From Candidatus Atabeyarchaeum deiterrae (GTDB taxonomy: Archaea > Asgardarchaeota > Atabeyarchaeia > Atabeyarchaeales > Atabeyarchaeaceae): 64,000 nucleotides of DNA. The number at the start of each line of letters is the position of its first letter. Position 1 is the first letter of the stretch. The notes under the pieces are model-generated. The model was not told where the DNA came from and searched no databases. It was given only the letters and a program-made list of their open reading frames with translations. The stretch is from NCBI GenBank assembly GCA_037310415.1, contig CP147780.1, positions 352,001 through 416,000 of the forward strand, given 5' to 3'. Below, in pieces: positions 20,658 through 30,643 of this stretch. Position numbers and translations under genes: made by a program.

Positions 20658-21758
20658 TTAAATCACGCCTGTATCCTTTGCAAGTCTTCTTGCGGCCTCT
20701 TCTGTTAGTCCTTTCTCCCCCAGAATCGTATAGCGATCAGGTCTAGTAGTATGAGCTATGTGTAGCGCCTCTACTATTAAATCGTCATCGATTCCGAGTT
20801 CACATGCTGTTGTTGGCGCTCGGATGGTTCTAAGCGCCTTTTTTATCTTCATATAGTCCCCGCCATGTAAGTGTTCCATCATTATTGTGCCTACTCCGCA
20901 CTGCATTCCATGCAGAGCTGGCTTCGGAGCTATTCTGTCTAGCGCGTGGCTAAACATGTGCTCTGATCCGCTGGCGGGTCTACTGTTGCCGGCTATGCAC
21001 ATGGATATTCCACTTGAGATTAGCGCTTCCAGGATTACTCGACAACCTGCTTCGGTTCTCTCCTGGATCAATAGTCTGTTCCTCATGATAACGGCGGCGC
21101 TAAGCTTGGCAATGGACGCAGCGTACTCGCCGTAGTATTCATTTCGAAGCTTGTATGCCAGCTTCCAGTCTTTCACGGCAGTCCAGTTGGCAACTGCGTC
21201 CCCACATCCTGCAACTAGCAATTCGTCAGGAGCCTCCATTATCACTTCAGTGTCAGCGATTATGCTCATTGGTGCGTGGGCTTTCATTGAATATGGTTTG
21301 TCTATCCCTTTGACTGAGGCCTGAGGAGAGGCAACACCATCATGAGAAGCAGCGGTGGGAATGCTTACAAAAGGTATATGCTCGTTAAATGAAGAGAGTT
21401 TGGCCACATCTATGCTTCTTCCTCCGCCAACTCCCAGCACCACACCAGCACCTATTCCTCTTATTCTTTGCTGAGCCTTACTGACGGTCTCTGTGTCTGC
21501 TGCTTCGATTATCAGGACATCGACTTTGTAAGTCTCATCTTCAAGTGATTCTTTGGCCTTTCTCCCTCCAACTTTCATCGTGATCTCGTCGGCTACTACG
21601 AGTGCAGGTCCTTGCAGGCCGAGTTCCTTGCAAGTTGTTCCTGTGGACTCCAGGACATTCCGTCCAATTATGACGTGTCTAGGCAACTGTATTTGATGAA
21701 AAGGGAGCATCTCTAGTTTATTCCCCCTTGGATCGAAGAACGTATCAGGGAAAACCAA
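20658..21758 (-). CDS. egsA: sn-glycerol-1-phosphate dehydrogenase (likely start 21710)
   Basis: GGGRSIDVAK, PTAASHDG, SRPASGSEH, HG.QCG. Confidence 0.95.
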   Translation of the reverse strand: MVFPDTFFDPRGNKLEMLPFHQIQLPRHVIIGRNVLESTGTTCKELGLQGPALVVADEITMKVGGRKAKESLEDETYKVDVLIIEAADTETVSKAQQRIRGIGAGVVLGVGGGRSIDVAKLSSFNEHIPFVSIPTAASHDGVASPQASVKGIDKPYSMKAHAPMSIIADTEVIMEAPDELLVAGCGDAVANWTAVKDWKLAYKLRNEYYGEYAASIAKLSAAVIMRNRLLIQERTEAGCRVILEALISSGISMCIAGNSRPASGSEHMFSHALDRIAPKPALHGMQCGVGTIMMEHLHGGDYMKIKKALRTIRAPTTACELGIDDDLIVEALHIAHTTRPDRYTILGEKGLTEEAARRLAKDTGVI

Positions 21759-21974
21759 AGTACAAGATCAATGTTTAGCTATTAATCAATTTGGTCAGAC
21801 AGCTGTTATACTCACTGCAAGTGACAAATGTGCCAGTGAAGCACTGATATGCACCTGCAAAGATAATGTCATAACACGAAATACTTAAATAGCGGTTAGC
21901 TTCCTTTCAAGCTGTCACTGTGAAGCTCAGACGTTTTGTTTTAATACCTTCTCTCTCATTTTGGAGAGTGTGAC

Positions 21975-22658
21975 TTGTCGATGTTAAAGAACGCGAGGGA
22001 GAATACTCCAGACCACATATTGAAGGGAACCACAACTGTCGGTGTCACGTGCAAGGATGGAGTCGTTTTGGCTACCGACAGAAGAGCGACCATGGGATTC
22101 TACGTTGCTTCAAAAACTGCGAAGAAGCTCTTCAGGATAGATGACCATGTAGCTGCCACCATTGCTGGATCGGTCGCAGATGCCCAGAGAGTAATCGACA
22201 GCCTGCAGGCTGAAGCTGGTATATTTAAGATCAGGAATGGTGTGCCCATGCGTGTCAAAGCTGTCGCGAATTTGCTTTCGGCGATTCTTTTCGAGGCAAG
22301 ATTGTACCCTTACTTCATGGAGGCTGTTATCGGCGGAGTAGATGGCTCGGGTTCGCAGCTATACGATCTTGATCCTGTGGGCAGCCTGATCCAAGAGAAG
22401 TTCTTGGCTACAGGGAGCGGGGGACCAATAGCGTACGGCTTGCTGGAGGACTCCTATTCTGATGATCTCAGTGTAAAGGACTGCATACAGTTGGTGATTA
22501 GGGCCACAAGATCATCAATGGAGAGGGATGCTGCTTCTGGGAATGGTTTTGACGTGGCTTACATAACAGACACAGGTTATCACGAACTGTCTGAAGGCGA
22601 AGTCAGGAAGGTCATCGAGGAACTCAGTGCGAAGAGAAAGAAGACTCACTCATCTTAG
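21975..22658 (+). CDS. psmB: Proteasome beta subunit
   Basis: Propeptide followed by GTTTVG, DRRAT, GSG, RDAASG. Confidence 0.95.
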   Translation: MSMLKNARENTPDHILKGTTTVGVTCKDGVVLATDRRATMGFYVASKTAKKLFRIDDHVAATIAGSVADAQRVIDSLQAEAGIFKIRNGVPMRVKAVANLLSAILFEARLYPYFMEAVIGGVDGSGSQLYDLDPVGSLIQEKFLATGSGGPIAYGLLEDSYSDDLSVKDCIQLVIRATRSSMERDAASGNGFDVAYITDTGYHELSEGEVRKVIEELSAKRKKTHSS

Positions 22659-22720
22659 ACTTCTTCTGATCTGAGTAGTTTAACCTTGAACACTTAGTAA
22701 CCAGCTGGAAGGAATGCATA

Positions 22721-24628
22721 ATGTCGCTACAAGATGCGTTAAATGATATTAGGCAAACCATAACGCAAGGGTTGCCTAGCTCAGCAATGGTCAGTAGTGT
22801 TGAATTCGAAGGACCAGAGATAGCAGTATACTCAAAGAACCCGAAGGTCTTGCTCGAAGACGGGGGGTTCGTTAAGGAGCTGGCAAGAAAGCTAAGGAAA
22901 AGGATTGTATTACGCTTTGACCCGAACGTTCGCTCAAAAAAGGAGGAGGCGGAGAAGAAAGTCCGGGAGATTGTACCTACGGAAGCAGAGATAACTAGAA
23001 TATACTTTGACGAAAACGTTGGCGAAGTTATAATAGAAGCCAAGAAGCCCGGACTTGTGATAGGCCGAAATGGCAATACGCTCAGTGAGATAACTAAGCT
23101 GACCTACTGGAGACCATCGGTTCTCAGAACTCCTCCCCTTGAATCAAGAACTGTAATGCAGATCTCCAACATAATGCAGAAGGAAAGCGAAAGAAGAAAG
23201 CAGATATTGAAGCATGTTGGACAGAGAATCTACAGAACCCCAGTGATGAAGAATGAATGGGTACGCGTGACGGCGCTTGGTGGATTTAGAGAAGTAGGCA
23301 GGACAGCCATCCTCATGCAGACCCACGAAAGCTCTGTCTTGATTGACTGCGGTGTAAATGTGGGTAGCACGGAGCACGCATTTCCGAAGCTATCGGTAAA
23401 TGAGTTCAACATAGACGAGTTGGATGCCGTAATTATCACGCACGCTCACATCGATCACTCGGGCTACCTTCCATTTCTCTACAAGTATGGTTACAAAGGA
23501 CCTGTTTACTGCACGAAAGCTACAAAGAATCTCATGACACTTCTTCAATTGGACTACTTGGATGTCGCAGAACGTGAAGGGAAACTTCTACCTTATGGCC
23601 CCAAGGATGTAAGAGAGACTGTCCTTCACACAGTTCCACTAGATTATGGAGAAGTGACGGACATATCTCCTGACATAAGACTGACACTTCACAACGCGGG
23701 GCATATCTTAGGAAGCGCGATAGTGCATCTCCATATAGGAGACGGGCTGTACAATATGGCGTACACGGGTGACTTCAAGTATGCCAGAACGAGACTTCTT
23801 GAACCAGCAAACGCGAACTTCCCAAGACTTGAGACTTTAATAATGGAGTCCACTTACGGAGGACAGAATGATGTGATGCCTCCAAGAAACAGAACCGAGG
23901 AGCAATTAGCAAGGATCATTAAAGAGACCTTCGCCAAGCGTGGAAAGGTGCTGGTTCCGGTGCTTGCAGTCGGAAGGGCACAAGAACTGATTGTAGTATT
24001 GGAGGAATTGGTGCGGAGAAGAGTCATTGATGAAGTCCCAATATATATCGATGGGATGACATCCGAGGCTACTGCTATCCATACGACGCACCCAGAGCTC
24101 TTAGCTCGAGATTTGAGAGAGAGGATCTTCCACCAAGGTCACAACCCATTTCTAGCAGAGTACTTTGTCAAAGTTGAGAGTAACGAAGCTAGAACAGACA
24201 TAGTGAGTGGAGAGCCTTGCATTGTAATAGCTGCATCTGGCATGTTGACGGGTGGCCCGAGCGTAGAATACTTTAGACTAATGGCACATGATGAAAGAAA
24301 CTCCATGATATTCGTAAGTTATCAAGTTGAAGGAACTCTGGGACGAAGAGTACAGAAAGGCTGGCATGAAATACCTATGCAGCTGAGAGACGGAAGAACC
24401 GAAGTTGTCAATGTGAAAATGAGAGTCGAAACTGTCGAGGGATTCTCAGGACACTCCGACCGCAAGCAACTGTTGAGCTTCGTTCGTCAAGTCACACCAA
24501 GACCTGAGAGGATAATCCTCTGCCATGGAGAAAGCAGCAAGTGCTCAAGTCTCGCCCAAGCGATACATGTGCAGAATAGAATCGAAACAAAAGTGCCGCA
24601 GGTTCTTGAATCTGTTAGGTTAAAGTAG
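22721..24628 (+). CDS. fttA: aCPSF1/FttA KH-beta-CASP ribonuclease
   Basis: N-terminal KH domains (KPGLVIG), HAHIDH, AGHILGS, GFSGHSD. Confidence 0.95.
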   Translation: MSLQDALNDIRQTITQGLPSSAMVSSVEFEGPEIAVYSKNPKVLLEDGGFVKELARKLRKRIVLRFDPNVRSKKEEAEKKVREIVPTEAEITRIYFDENVGEVIIEAKKPGLVIGRNGNTLSEITKLTYWRPSVLRTPPLESRTVMQISNIMQKESERRKQILKHVGQRIYRTPVMKNEWVRVTALGGFREVGRTAILMQTHESSVLIDCGVNVGSTEHAFPKLSVNEFNIDELDAVIITHAHIDHSGYLPFLYKYGYKGPVYCTKATKNLMTLLQLDYLDVAEREGKLLPYGPKDVRETVLHTVPLDYGEVTDISPDIRLTLHNAGHILGSAIVHLHIGDGLYNMAYTGDFKYARTRLLEPANANFPRLETLIMESTYGGQNDVMPPRNRTEEQLARIIKETFAKRGKVLVPVLAVGRAQELIVVLEELVRRRVIDEVPIYIDGMTSEATAIHTTHPELLARDLRERIFHQGHNPFLAEYFVKVESNEARTDIVSGEPCIVIAASGMLTGGPSVEYFRLMAHDERNSMIFVSYQVEGTLGRRVQKGWHEIPMQLRDGRTEVVNVKMRVETVEGFSGHSDRKQLLSFVRQVTPRPERIILCHGESSKCSSLAQAIHVQNRIETKVPQVLESVRLK

Positions 24629-24659
24629 AGTCGATCTTCTGGCTTGGCTGGACTATTGA

Positions 24660-25076
24660 TTATTGTGTTGAGCTCTTTTTAGAGATTCTAACGAAAGATG
24701 GTGTGACAACAATATAGTCTTGTCCGAGCTGAGCTATGTCGCCGCCAATACTTCTGCAAGCCCCCCTCAATTGGTCCACAACTCTCTTGAGTTCTCTGTT
24801 CTGTCCGTATTGCATGCGACCCACGTATACTATGACTATGTTGCCCTTCTCCAGCTCGTCTAAGACTTGTTGGATGTTTGACAGGCTCTGGAGGTCTATG
24901 GATTTTATGTATATTACATCAGACTCCTCCGAGGATCCGGCGCCTTTATCAGACTCATCTTCGAGAACGCCAACTTTCTTCTTCAATTCATCTATGTCGA
25001 TTAGTTCCGAGTCCCCGCTGTTCTTCTCTCCTTCTTTATCTTCCTTCTTACCTCTTAGAAAATGAGGTAAAGGCAA
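24660..25076 (-). CDS. sepF: SepF/DUF552-family cell division protein
   Basis: GNIVIV...GGDIAQLG..YIVVTP. Confidence 0.8.
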   Translation of the reverse strand: MPLPHFLRGKKEDKEGEKNSGDSELIDIDELKKKVGVLEDESDKGAGSSEESDVIYIKSIDLQSLSNIQQVLDELEKGNIVIVYVGRMQYGQNRELKRVVDQLRGACRSIGGDIAQLGQDYIVVTPSFVRISKKSSTQ

Positions 25077-25220
25077 TAGTTATCGAACCCCCAGATACCA
25101 CTATCTTCAATCTATTGTTTTGCCGCTATTAGAAGTTTGTTATCGCCAATTCATAATTCGCACATATAGCTTGTTAAGGGTTCTTAAGTCAGGCTTGGCG
25201 CATTTTCACTCTGAACGTCT

Positions 25221-25739
25221 CTACAGAGTTTTGGTAAAGTTCCAGATCTTGTCTCCTACATAGTGCAGGTTTCTAACTACTTTGCCTGACTCGGCTTCCC
25301 GCATGGCATCTGCGTCCATAAGACTCATCCCTACGCAAATCGGCTTGGCGTTTTTCTCGTCTGAAACAACGACGATCCGATCTGCTTTTGTCGCAGGGTC
25401 AATACTCTTCACCCCAGGTCTGAAAACGTCAGCGCCATTGCAGATGTGCGGGACAGCTTTCATGTCCACAGTGACTCTGGGAAGAGGCAAGTCTGTTCTG
25501 AGAATAAGCACCAAAAGAGGGATGGCAAGCTGATCCTTTCCCACAAGAAACGCAGGTTCACCATTTACGGTGAAGATCTCTCCCTCTTGCAACGAAAAAC
25601 CTTCCACCTTGCATCCTTGCGGAAGCAGAATCCAGCTAAGACCAAGAGTTTCTTGTATCTTTTTCCGTAGATCTTTGATTTCACTTTTCCTAAGTGATCT
25701 ACCCATCTTCGAAAGCCTCATGCTCGGTGGATCTTCCAC
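25221..25739 (-). CDS. PUA-domain RNA-binding protein (DUF1947/MCT-1-like)
   Basis: VDMKAVPHICNGADVFRPG, GKVVRNLHYVGD.IW. Confidence 0.85.
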   Translation of the reverse strand: MEDPPSMRLSKMGRSLRKSEIKDLRKKIQETLGLSWILLPQGCKVEGFSLQEGEIFTVNGEPAFLVGKDQLAIPLLVLILRTDLPLPRVTVDMKAVPHICNGADVFRPGVKSIDPATKADRIVVVSDEKNAKPICVGMSLMDADAMREAESGKVVRNLHYVGDKIWNFTKTL

Positions 25740-25874
25740 ATCTTCAGGCTATCTTTCTGTGAATATATAATCGTGCGCCCTATTGAGGTTAGATGACTTA
25801 GGAAGATTTAAATAGTTTATATCATGCTACTCAATTTGCAATCATGCTTTCAGCAAAGGTGTGTGCTAGGAATT

Positions 25875-26105
25875 ATGAGTCAGCAGAAACCGCCCGACCT
25901 CCTTCAGAGATCACTTGATTCCAATGTCTTGGTCAAGCTAAAAGGTGGGCGAGAGATCCGTGGAAAACTGCGTGGTTTCGACATGCATATGAACCTTGTT
26001 TTGGAAGAAGCAGTAGAGATAGTCGACGAGAATAACGCAAAGAAGCTCGGAGCTATCGTTGTCAGAGGAGATAACGTGATAATGATAAGCCCGCCGCCAA
26101 GGTGA
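25875..26105 (+). CDS. Sm-like archaeal protein (SmAP1/LSm)
   Basis: G.L.GFD.HMNLVL, IVVRGDNV; immediately upstream of rpl37e. Confidence 0.93.
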   Translation: MSQQKPPDLLQRSLDSNVLVKLKGGREIRGKLRGFDMHMNLVLEEAVEIVDENNAKKLGAIVVRGDNVIMISPPPR

Positions 26106-26111
26106 GCATGA

Positions 26112-26297
26112 ATGACAAAGGGCACGCCAAGTTTCGGCAGGATACACAAGAAGGAGCACATAAGATGCCGAAGATGTGGTCGTAGAGCATACCACATTCG
26201 TAAGAAGCGATGCGCGGCCTGCGGCTACGGAAGATCAAGCAAGACTAGGAAATACGACTGGCAGAACAAGAACGTGAACAGCAAGAGACTGGTATGA
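26112..26297 (+). CDS. rpl37e: 50S ribosomal protein eL37
   Basis: [14 protein letters not shown]...CAACG. Confidence 0.96.
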   Translation: MTKGTPSFGRIHKKEHIRCRRCGRRAYHIRKKRCAACGYGRSSKTRKYDWQNKNVNSKRLV

Positions 26298-26417
26298 TTG
26301 GCTCTTGAAGCTTAGCAGGATTTATTAAGAACGCAGCGTTCTAAATTTATCATATTTGGACGTAGAACGTGCAGGCTTCTCGATTCACTTCTCAATCAGT
26401 ATTTCCAAGAATATAGT

Positions 26418-26525
26418 GGGCCGGTAGCTCAGTTTGGAAGAGCGCCACGTTGGCATCGTGGAGATCCCTAGAAATATCGAAGAAGGGGCCATAAGTCGCG
26501 AGTTCAAATCTCGCCCGGTCCACCA
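26418..26525 (+). tRNA. tRNA-Ala(GGC) with a 31-nt intron at 45/46 (26464-26494), CCA encoded
   Basis: G3:U70 in acceptor GGGCCGG/CCGGTCC; arm CCACG-TTGGCAT-CGTGG; BHB GTGG-AG^A...CCAT-AA^G. Confidence 0.93.
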
Positions 26526-26609
26526 CTAATCCTTTGATGAAACAAAGTCCACACGTGCCAATGCCCTCGAAATGTCCTGGAGAATTAAAGATGGGTCACT
26601 CAGAGGAAT

Positions 26610-26774
26610 TGGTGGGCGGGGCCGGATTTGAACCGGCGATTCGGCGCTAATGGGGGTTTTTTCCCAATAACCTCACCGCCGTGTCTACCCGGAGAAGAAC
26701 AGGCAGAAACAATCAGGAATCTGCCAAGCACTTTCTCCTCAGGGCGGTATCATAACGAACTAGACCACCCGCCC
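26610..26774 (-). tRNA. tRNA-Val(GAC) with introns at 34/35 (26685-26739) and 46/47 (26640-26672), CCA encoded
   Basis: Acceptor GGGCGGG/CCCGCCC; BHB GCCC-TG^A...GGGT-AG^A regenerates CCGCC-CTGACAC-GGCGG; spliced length 77 nt. Confidence 0.88.
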
Positions 26775-26935
26775 GTTCTGAGAATCTCATGGTTTTATTC
26801 CTATATATTGTTTTTCGGTCCTCGTTTAGGTCTTTGAGCTACCAAGCTCATGCCCAATCCAACCAAAAATGTTTATTTAGGTGACACAGGAGAATGGTTT
26901 ACGTGCCTGAGAAAGTTTGATGAAGATGAACAGAA

Positions 26936-27538
26936 ATGTCACCCAAAATTAATCTGAGAGAAAGAGCCAAGATGATGTTTGCAGCGATTGTCATTGGAAT
27001 AACCGTGATGATACAGATCATTGGTGCCACCTACGTAAAAGTAGTAGTAGATATCCTCACACTCATCTATTTGATAAGTATTTTCATCCTTGCCCTCCTT
27101 CCTGTAGGAGTGGCATTGCTAGGAGTCGGAGTAACAGTTGTTGTGCAAGTTGCCATTGCCCTGCACACCGAAGTTGCTCTCAATGTGGCGAGCGTCTACA
27201 TCCTTGCTTTGGTTCCAATAGGCTCAACACTCGTACTGGTTGCAACCGAGTTCATCATAGCAGAAGCGATCCATCGACGGTTTACCGTCGAAGAGAAGAA
27301 GACTGCAAAGTTGAAATCAAGCAGAAAGGGAACACTGAAGACTGCCCTTGGAAATCTTGGTACAGCATGGATGCTTTCAGCTGCCATGGTCATCATAGTC
27401 ACTGGCACATTCTACTCATACGCAGTTGCGGCAATGAGCGGAACTGCTATTCCAAACTACATGAGTCTTGTTTTAGGTGAAAGCGCCACCATTGTAGTCC
27501 TATCGGTGATCGCGACTATTTTTAGGAGATTAATGTAG
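26936..27538 (+). CDS. Hypothetical multi-pass membrane protein
   Basis: 200-aa ORF with about 6 hydrophobic segments. Confidence 0.7.
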   Translation: MSPKINLRERAKMMFAAIVIGITVMIQIIGATYVKVVVDILTLIYLISIFILALLPVGVALLGVGVTVVVQVAIALHTEVALNVASVYILALVPIGSTLVLVATEFIIAEAIHRRFTVEEKKTAKLKSSRKGTLKTALGNLGTAWMLSAAMVIIVTGTFYSYAVAAMSGTAIPNYMSLVLGESATIVVLSVIATIFRRLM

Positions 27539-27719
27539 GAAAGAACGATGGTGAATTCAGCACGCTAGACTCACCATGAACCGACTCATAAGAGAAGGAT
27601 TCATCTCAAAGTTCATACCTGTAATGCACAAAGATACTCTTTCCTTCCACATTGAAACGACCTGCCTGAGAAAAACTTAAAAGAAACAGATCTTGTATAG
27701 ACTTTACCGACAAGTCAGT

Positions 27720-27888
27720 GCCGCGGTAGCTCAGACCGGGAGAAGTTGCGCACTTCACCCGATAGCGCCGGTCACATGGGGAAGACCTGTGATCCCCGTC
27801 GTGGGCGAGACTGAAGATCCGGTTGTCGCAGGAGGATATCCCGACATACTCGGGTGTCCTGCGATTTCAAATCCCGCCCGCGGCACCA
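27720..27888 (+). tRNA. tRNA-Phe(GAA) with three introns (22/23, 27743-27763; 30/31, 27772-27809; 53/54, 27833-27865), CCA encoded
   Basis: Acceptor GCCGCGG/CCGCGGC; spliced arm CCGGA-CTGAAGA-TCCGG; central helices CGGG/CCCG, CGCC/GGCG, CGCA/TGCG; spliced length 77 nt. Confidence 0.9.
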
Positions 27889-28044
27889 ACTTATCCGGTA
27901 GTTTTTCCGATGATTCAAGACTAGGATTTGTACCTCCAGTACCGGGACTTTCGTTCGAGCTTCGCAGGTTTCTTGGGGGGATAATGATTTAAGTTCTGCT
28001 GGAGGGTTCTTAGTTCTTCGTATACAATTGATTTTCAGATCAAG

Positions 28045-29430
28045 GTGGTCCTATTGGGAGTCGAGGACGTGTTCAGAGAATATGACATTCGCGGCGTATT
28101 CAATGCACAGTTGGTTCCTGAGACAATCTCCAAGATAGCGATGGCATTTGGAACTTATTTAGAAGGATCCGGTGAAGTAATAATCGGTCGGGATAGCAGA
28201 GTGGGCAGCGAGATAATTGAAGGAATTCTTTCGTACAGTCTGGCCTCTATTGGTTGCGACGCCACTTCGGTTGGCATGGTTCCAATTTCAGTGGCGAACT
28301 ATGCTATGTGGAAGAACAAGCCAAAAGCAGGAGCCGTCATAACTGCTTCGCATAATCCACCAGAATACAATGGCTTGAGGTTCAGACATAGTGATGGAAC
28401 AGGATATACTGCAGAGAACAAGATCATCCGCGACATCTTCTTCAGCGGCAGATTCCTGAAGAGAGAATGGAATCAGATTGGCAAGGTTTTGAGCATCCCT
28501 TCGCGCGTTACCTTGACAGATTACTCTGGATATTTGCTCGACCGCGTGAAGACCGACAGGAAGCTTAAAGTCGTTCTGGATCCTGGGAATGGCGCTGCCT
28601 CAGTTGTAGCTCCCCAGTTGTTCAGAGATCTCGGGTTTGAGGTGGTCACAATCAATGATCAGCCCGATGGAACGTTTCCAGGTAGGGATCCAGATCCAAG
28701 CGCCGAAGGAAAGGAAGCTCTCAGGGATCTGTCGAAGCTGATTGTCAGGACGAAGGCTGATCTCGGCGTTGCATTCGATGGAGACGGAGACCGAGCAGTG
28801 TTCGTTGACGAGAAGGGTAGAATAGCCATCCCCGAAAAGATTGGGATAATCTTTGCCAAGGAGTACTTGAGCAAGAAGAAGGGAAGAATCGTAGCTAACG
28901 TGTCATGTTCAATGGTTCTTGAGGATGAACTCTCGAAGGTTGGAGGGCAAGTGATTAGAGTCAGAGTAGGAGACGTCTTCATAACTGAGGCAATTAAGGC
29001 TCACAAAGCCCTTTTTGGCATGGAAATCTCGAGTCACTTCTATTTTCCAGATTTCTATCCTTTTGATGACGGCGTGCTGGCGAGCATCAAGATGGCTGAG
29101 ATACTTTCACATTCAAACGAGCAGCTTTCAGAGCAGCTTGACGGAATAGAGAGTTACCCGAGTCTTCGAGAGAACATAGAGTGCCCTGACAACGTAAAAT
29201 TCAACGTAATTGAAAGAATTAAGAACAAGTACATGAAGGAAGGGTACAGAATCGACCTTACTGATGGAATAAGAGTCGTTCTGGACGATGGATGGGTGCT
29301 AGTAAGACCTTCAAACACAGAGCCTAAGATTCGAATAACAGTCGAAGGAAGAACGAAAGAGATCAGTGAAATGCTGCTTTCCAAGTTTAAGACGGATGTG
29401 ATGGATGTCGAAAAGGAATACGGCTGTTGA
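28045..29430 (+). CDS. Phosphomannomutase/phosphoglucomutase
   Basis: FREYDIRG, ITASHNP, FDGDGDR, RPSNTEP. Confidence 0.93.
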   Translation: MVLLGVEDVFREYDIRGVFNAQLVPETISKIAMAFGTYLEGSGEVIIGRDSRVGSEIIEGILSYSLASIGCDATSVGMVPISVANYAMWKNKPKAGAVITASHNPPEYNGLRFRHSDGTGYTAENKIIRDIFFSGRFLKREWNQIGKVLSIPSRVTLTDYSGYLLDRVKTDRKLKVVLDPGNGAASVVAPQLFRDLGFEVVTINDQPDGTFPGRDPDPSAEGKEALRDLSKLIVRTKADLGVAFDGDGDRAVFVDEKGRIAIPEKIGIIFAKEYLSKKKGRIVANVSCSMVLEDELSKVGGQVIRVRVGDVFITEAIKAHKALFGMEISSHFYFPDFYPFDDGVLASIKMAEILSHSNEQLSEQLDGIESYPSLRENIECPDNVKFNVIERIKNKYMKEGYRIDLTDGIRVVLDDGWVLVRPSNTEPKIRITVEGRTKEISEMLLSKFKTDVMDVEKEYGC

Positions 29431-29584
29431 AGTATAATTCTCACTCCCACGTATCGAAGCCTCGTGAAATGACTGACTCATCGAAAGGATCGTAAACAAA
29501 AAGACTATATATCCAGACACTATTATGCAAAGGGTAAAACTGGATTCAGCAATCGTCTGCGACAGCTAGAGGTGAAACAGAGAA

Positions 29585-29989
29585 ATGCCAAAGGCGTTTG
29601 CGTTCAGAGGCCTCACAGTGGAGGAACTGGAGAAGCTGCCTATGGATGAGTTCGCTAAGTTACTTCCATCGAGGCAGAGGAGAAGCCTCCTGCGTGGGAT
29701 TCCACCTCGACACAAGAAACTACTTGAGAAACTCAGGCGTGCTCATAGGGCTCTGAAGAAGGGCAAGAAAGTGATTGTCAGAACCCATGACAGGGACATG
29801 GTTATACTCCCAGAAATGGTTGAATTGAGTGTTGCCATCTACAATGGAAAGGAGTTCATTCCTGTTGACGTAAGAGCAGAGATGATAGGGCATTACCTTG
29901 GAGAGTTCTCACCTCCATGCAAGAAGGTCATGCATGGAAACCCTGGAATTGGTGCCACCAAGTCTTCTGCATATGTGCCGCTCAAATAG
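29585..29989 (+). CDS. rps19: 30S ribosomal protein uS19
   Basis: [34 protein letters not shown]. Confidence 0.96.
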   Translation: MPKAFAFRGLTVEELEKLPMDEFAKLLPSRQRRSLLRGIPPRHKKLLEKLRRAHRALKKGKKVIVRTHDRDMVILPEMVELSVAIYNGKEFIPVDVRAEMIGHYLGEFSPPCKKVMHGNPGIGATKSSAYVPLK

Positions 29990-30153
29990 AGAGACCCGAC
30001 GTAGAACCAGCATTTGAGTTACACGCAATGCGATCACTTTATATACCCATTAGAGATTTCAAGACTCTACGATTTGTCTGCCGAGTTGATACAATCGTAA
30101 CAATGAGGTTACTATCATTCGCGACCGACGCAATGGTGAGATGAGAAATCAGT

Positions 30154-30630
30154 ATGCCTAAGTTCGGTTACTCCATCATGGGACTGGACCCAGATAAGAC
30201 CGTCAAAGCTAGTGGAATCGACATGCGTGTCTCATTGAAGAAAGCCGTTGAGGTTTGCAGGGAACTAAGGGGTCTGAAGTTGGAAGCGGCTAAGGAAATG
30301 CTTGATGAAGTTGTTGCAATGAAGAAAATGATTCCTTTCCGTCGACACAAGAAGAAACTGGCTCACCATGCTGACAAACTGAGGGAACACAAGTTCTATT
30401 CGGGTGGCTATCCTGTCAAAGTTGCAAAGCATATTCTTGTCATTCTGAAGAATGCTGAAAATAATGCCGAATACAAAGGACTTGACGTTGATCGACTTCG
30501 AATTATCCACGCCTCAGTCGATATGGGTCCAAAACTAAGAAGGTTCACCCCAAGAGCATTCGGTAGGAGTTCCCCGAAAACCGAGCAACTTACAAGAGTT
30601 CAATTGGTTCTTGAAGAGATTTCGGAGTAG
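30154..30630 (+). CDS. rpl22: 50S ribosomal protein uL22
   Basis: GGYPVK, NAENNAEYKGLD, PRAFGR. Confidence 0.96.
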   Translation: MPKFGYSIMGLDPDKTVKASGIDMRVSLKKAVEVCRELRGLKLEAAKEMLDEVVAMKKMIPFRRHKKKLAHHADKLREHKFYSGGYPVKVAKHILVILKNAENNAEYKGLDVDRLRIIHASVDMGPKLRRFTPRAFGRSSPKTEQLTRVQLVLEEISE

Positions 30631-30643
30631 AGGGAGTCGTAAC

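Noticed and set aside
27693-27992. 99-aa ORF (and similar ORFs at 17435-17714 and 26628-26837)
   Set aside because: They overlap intron-containing tRNA genes and are spurious
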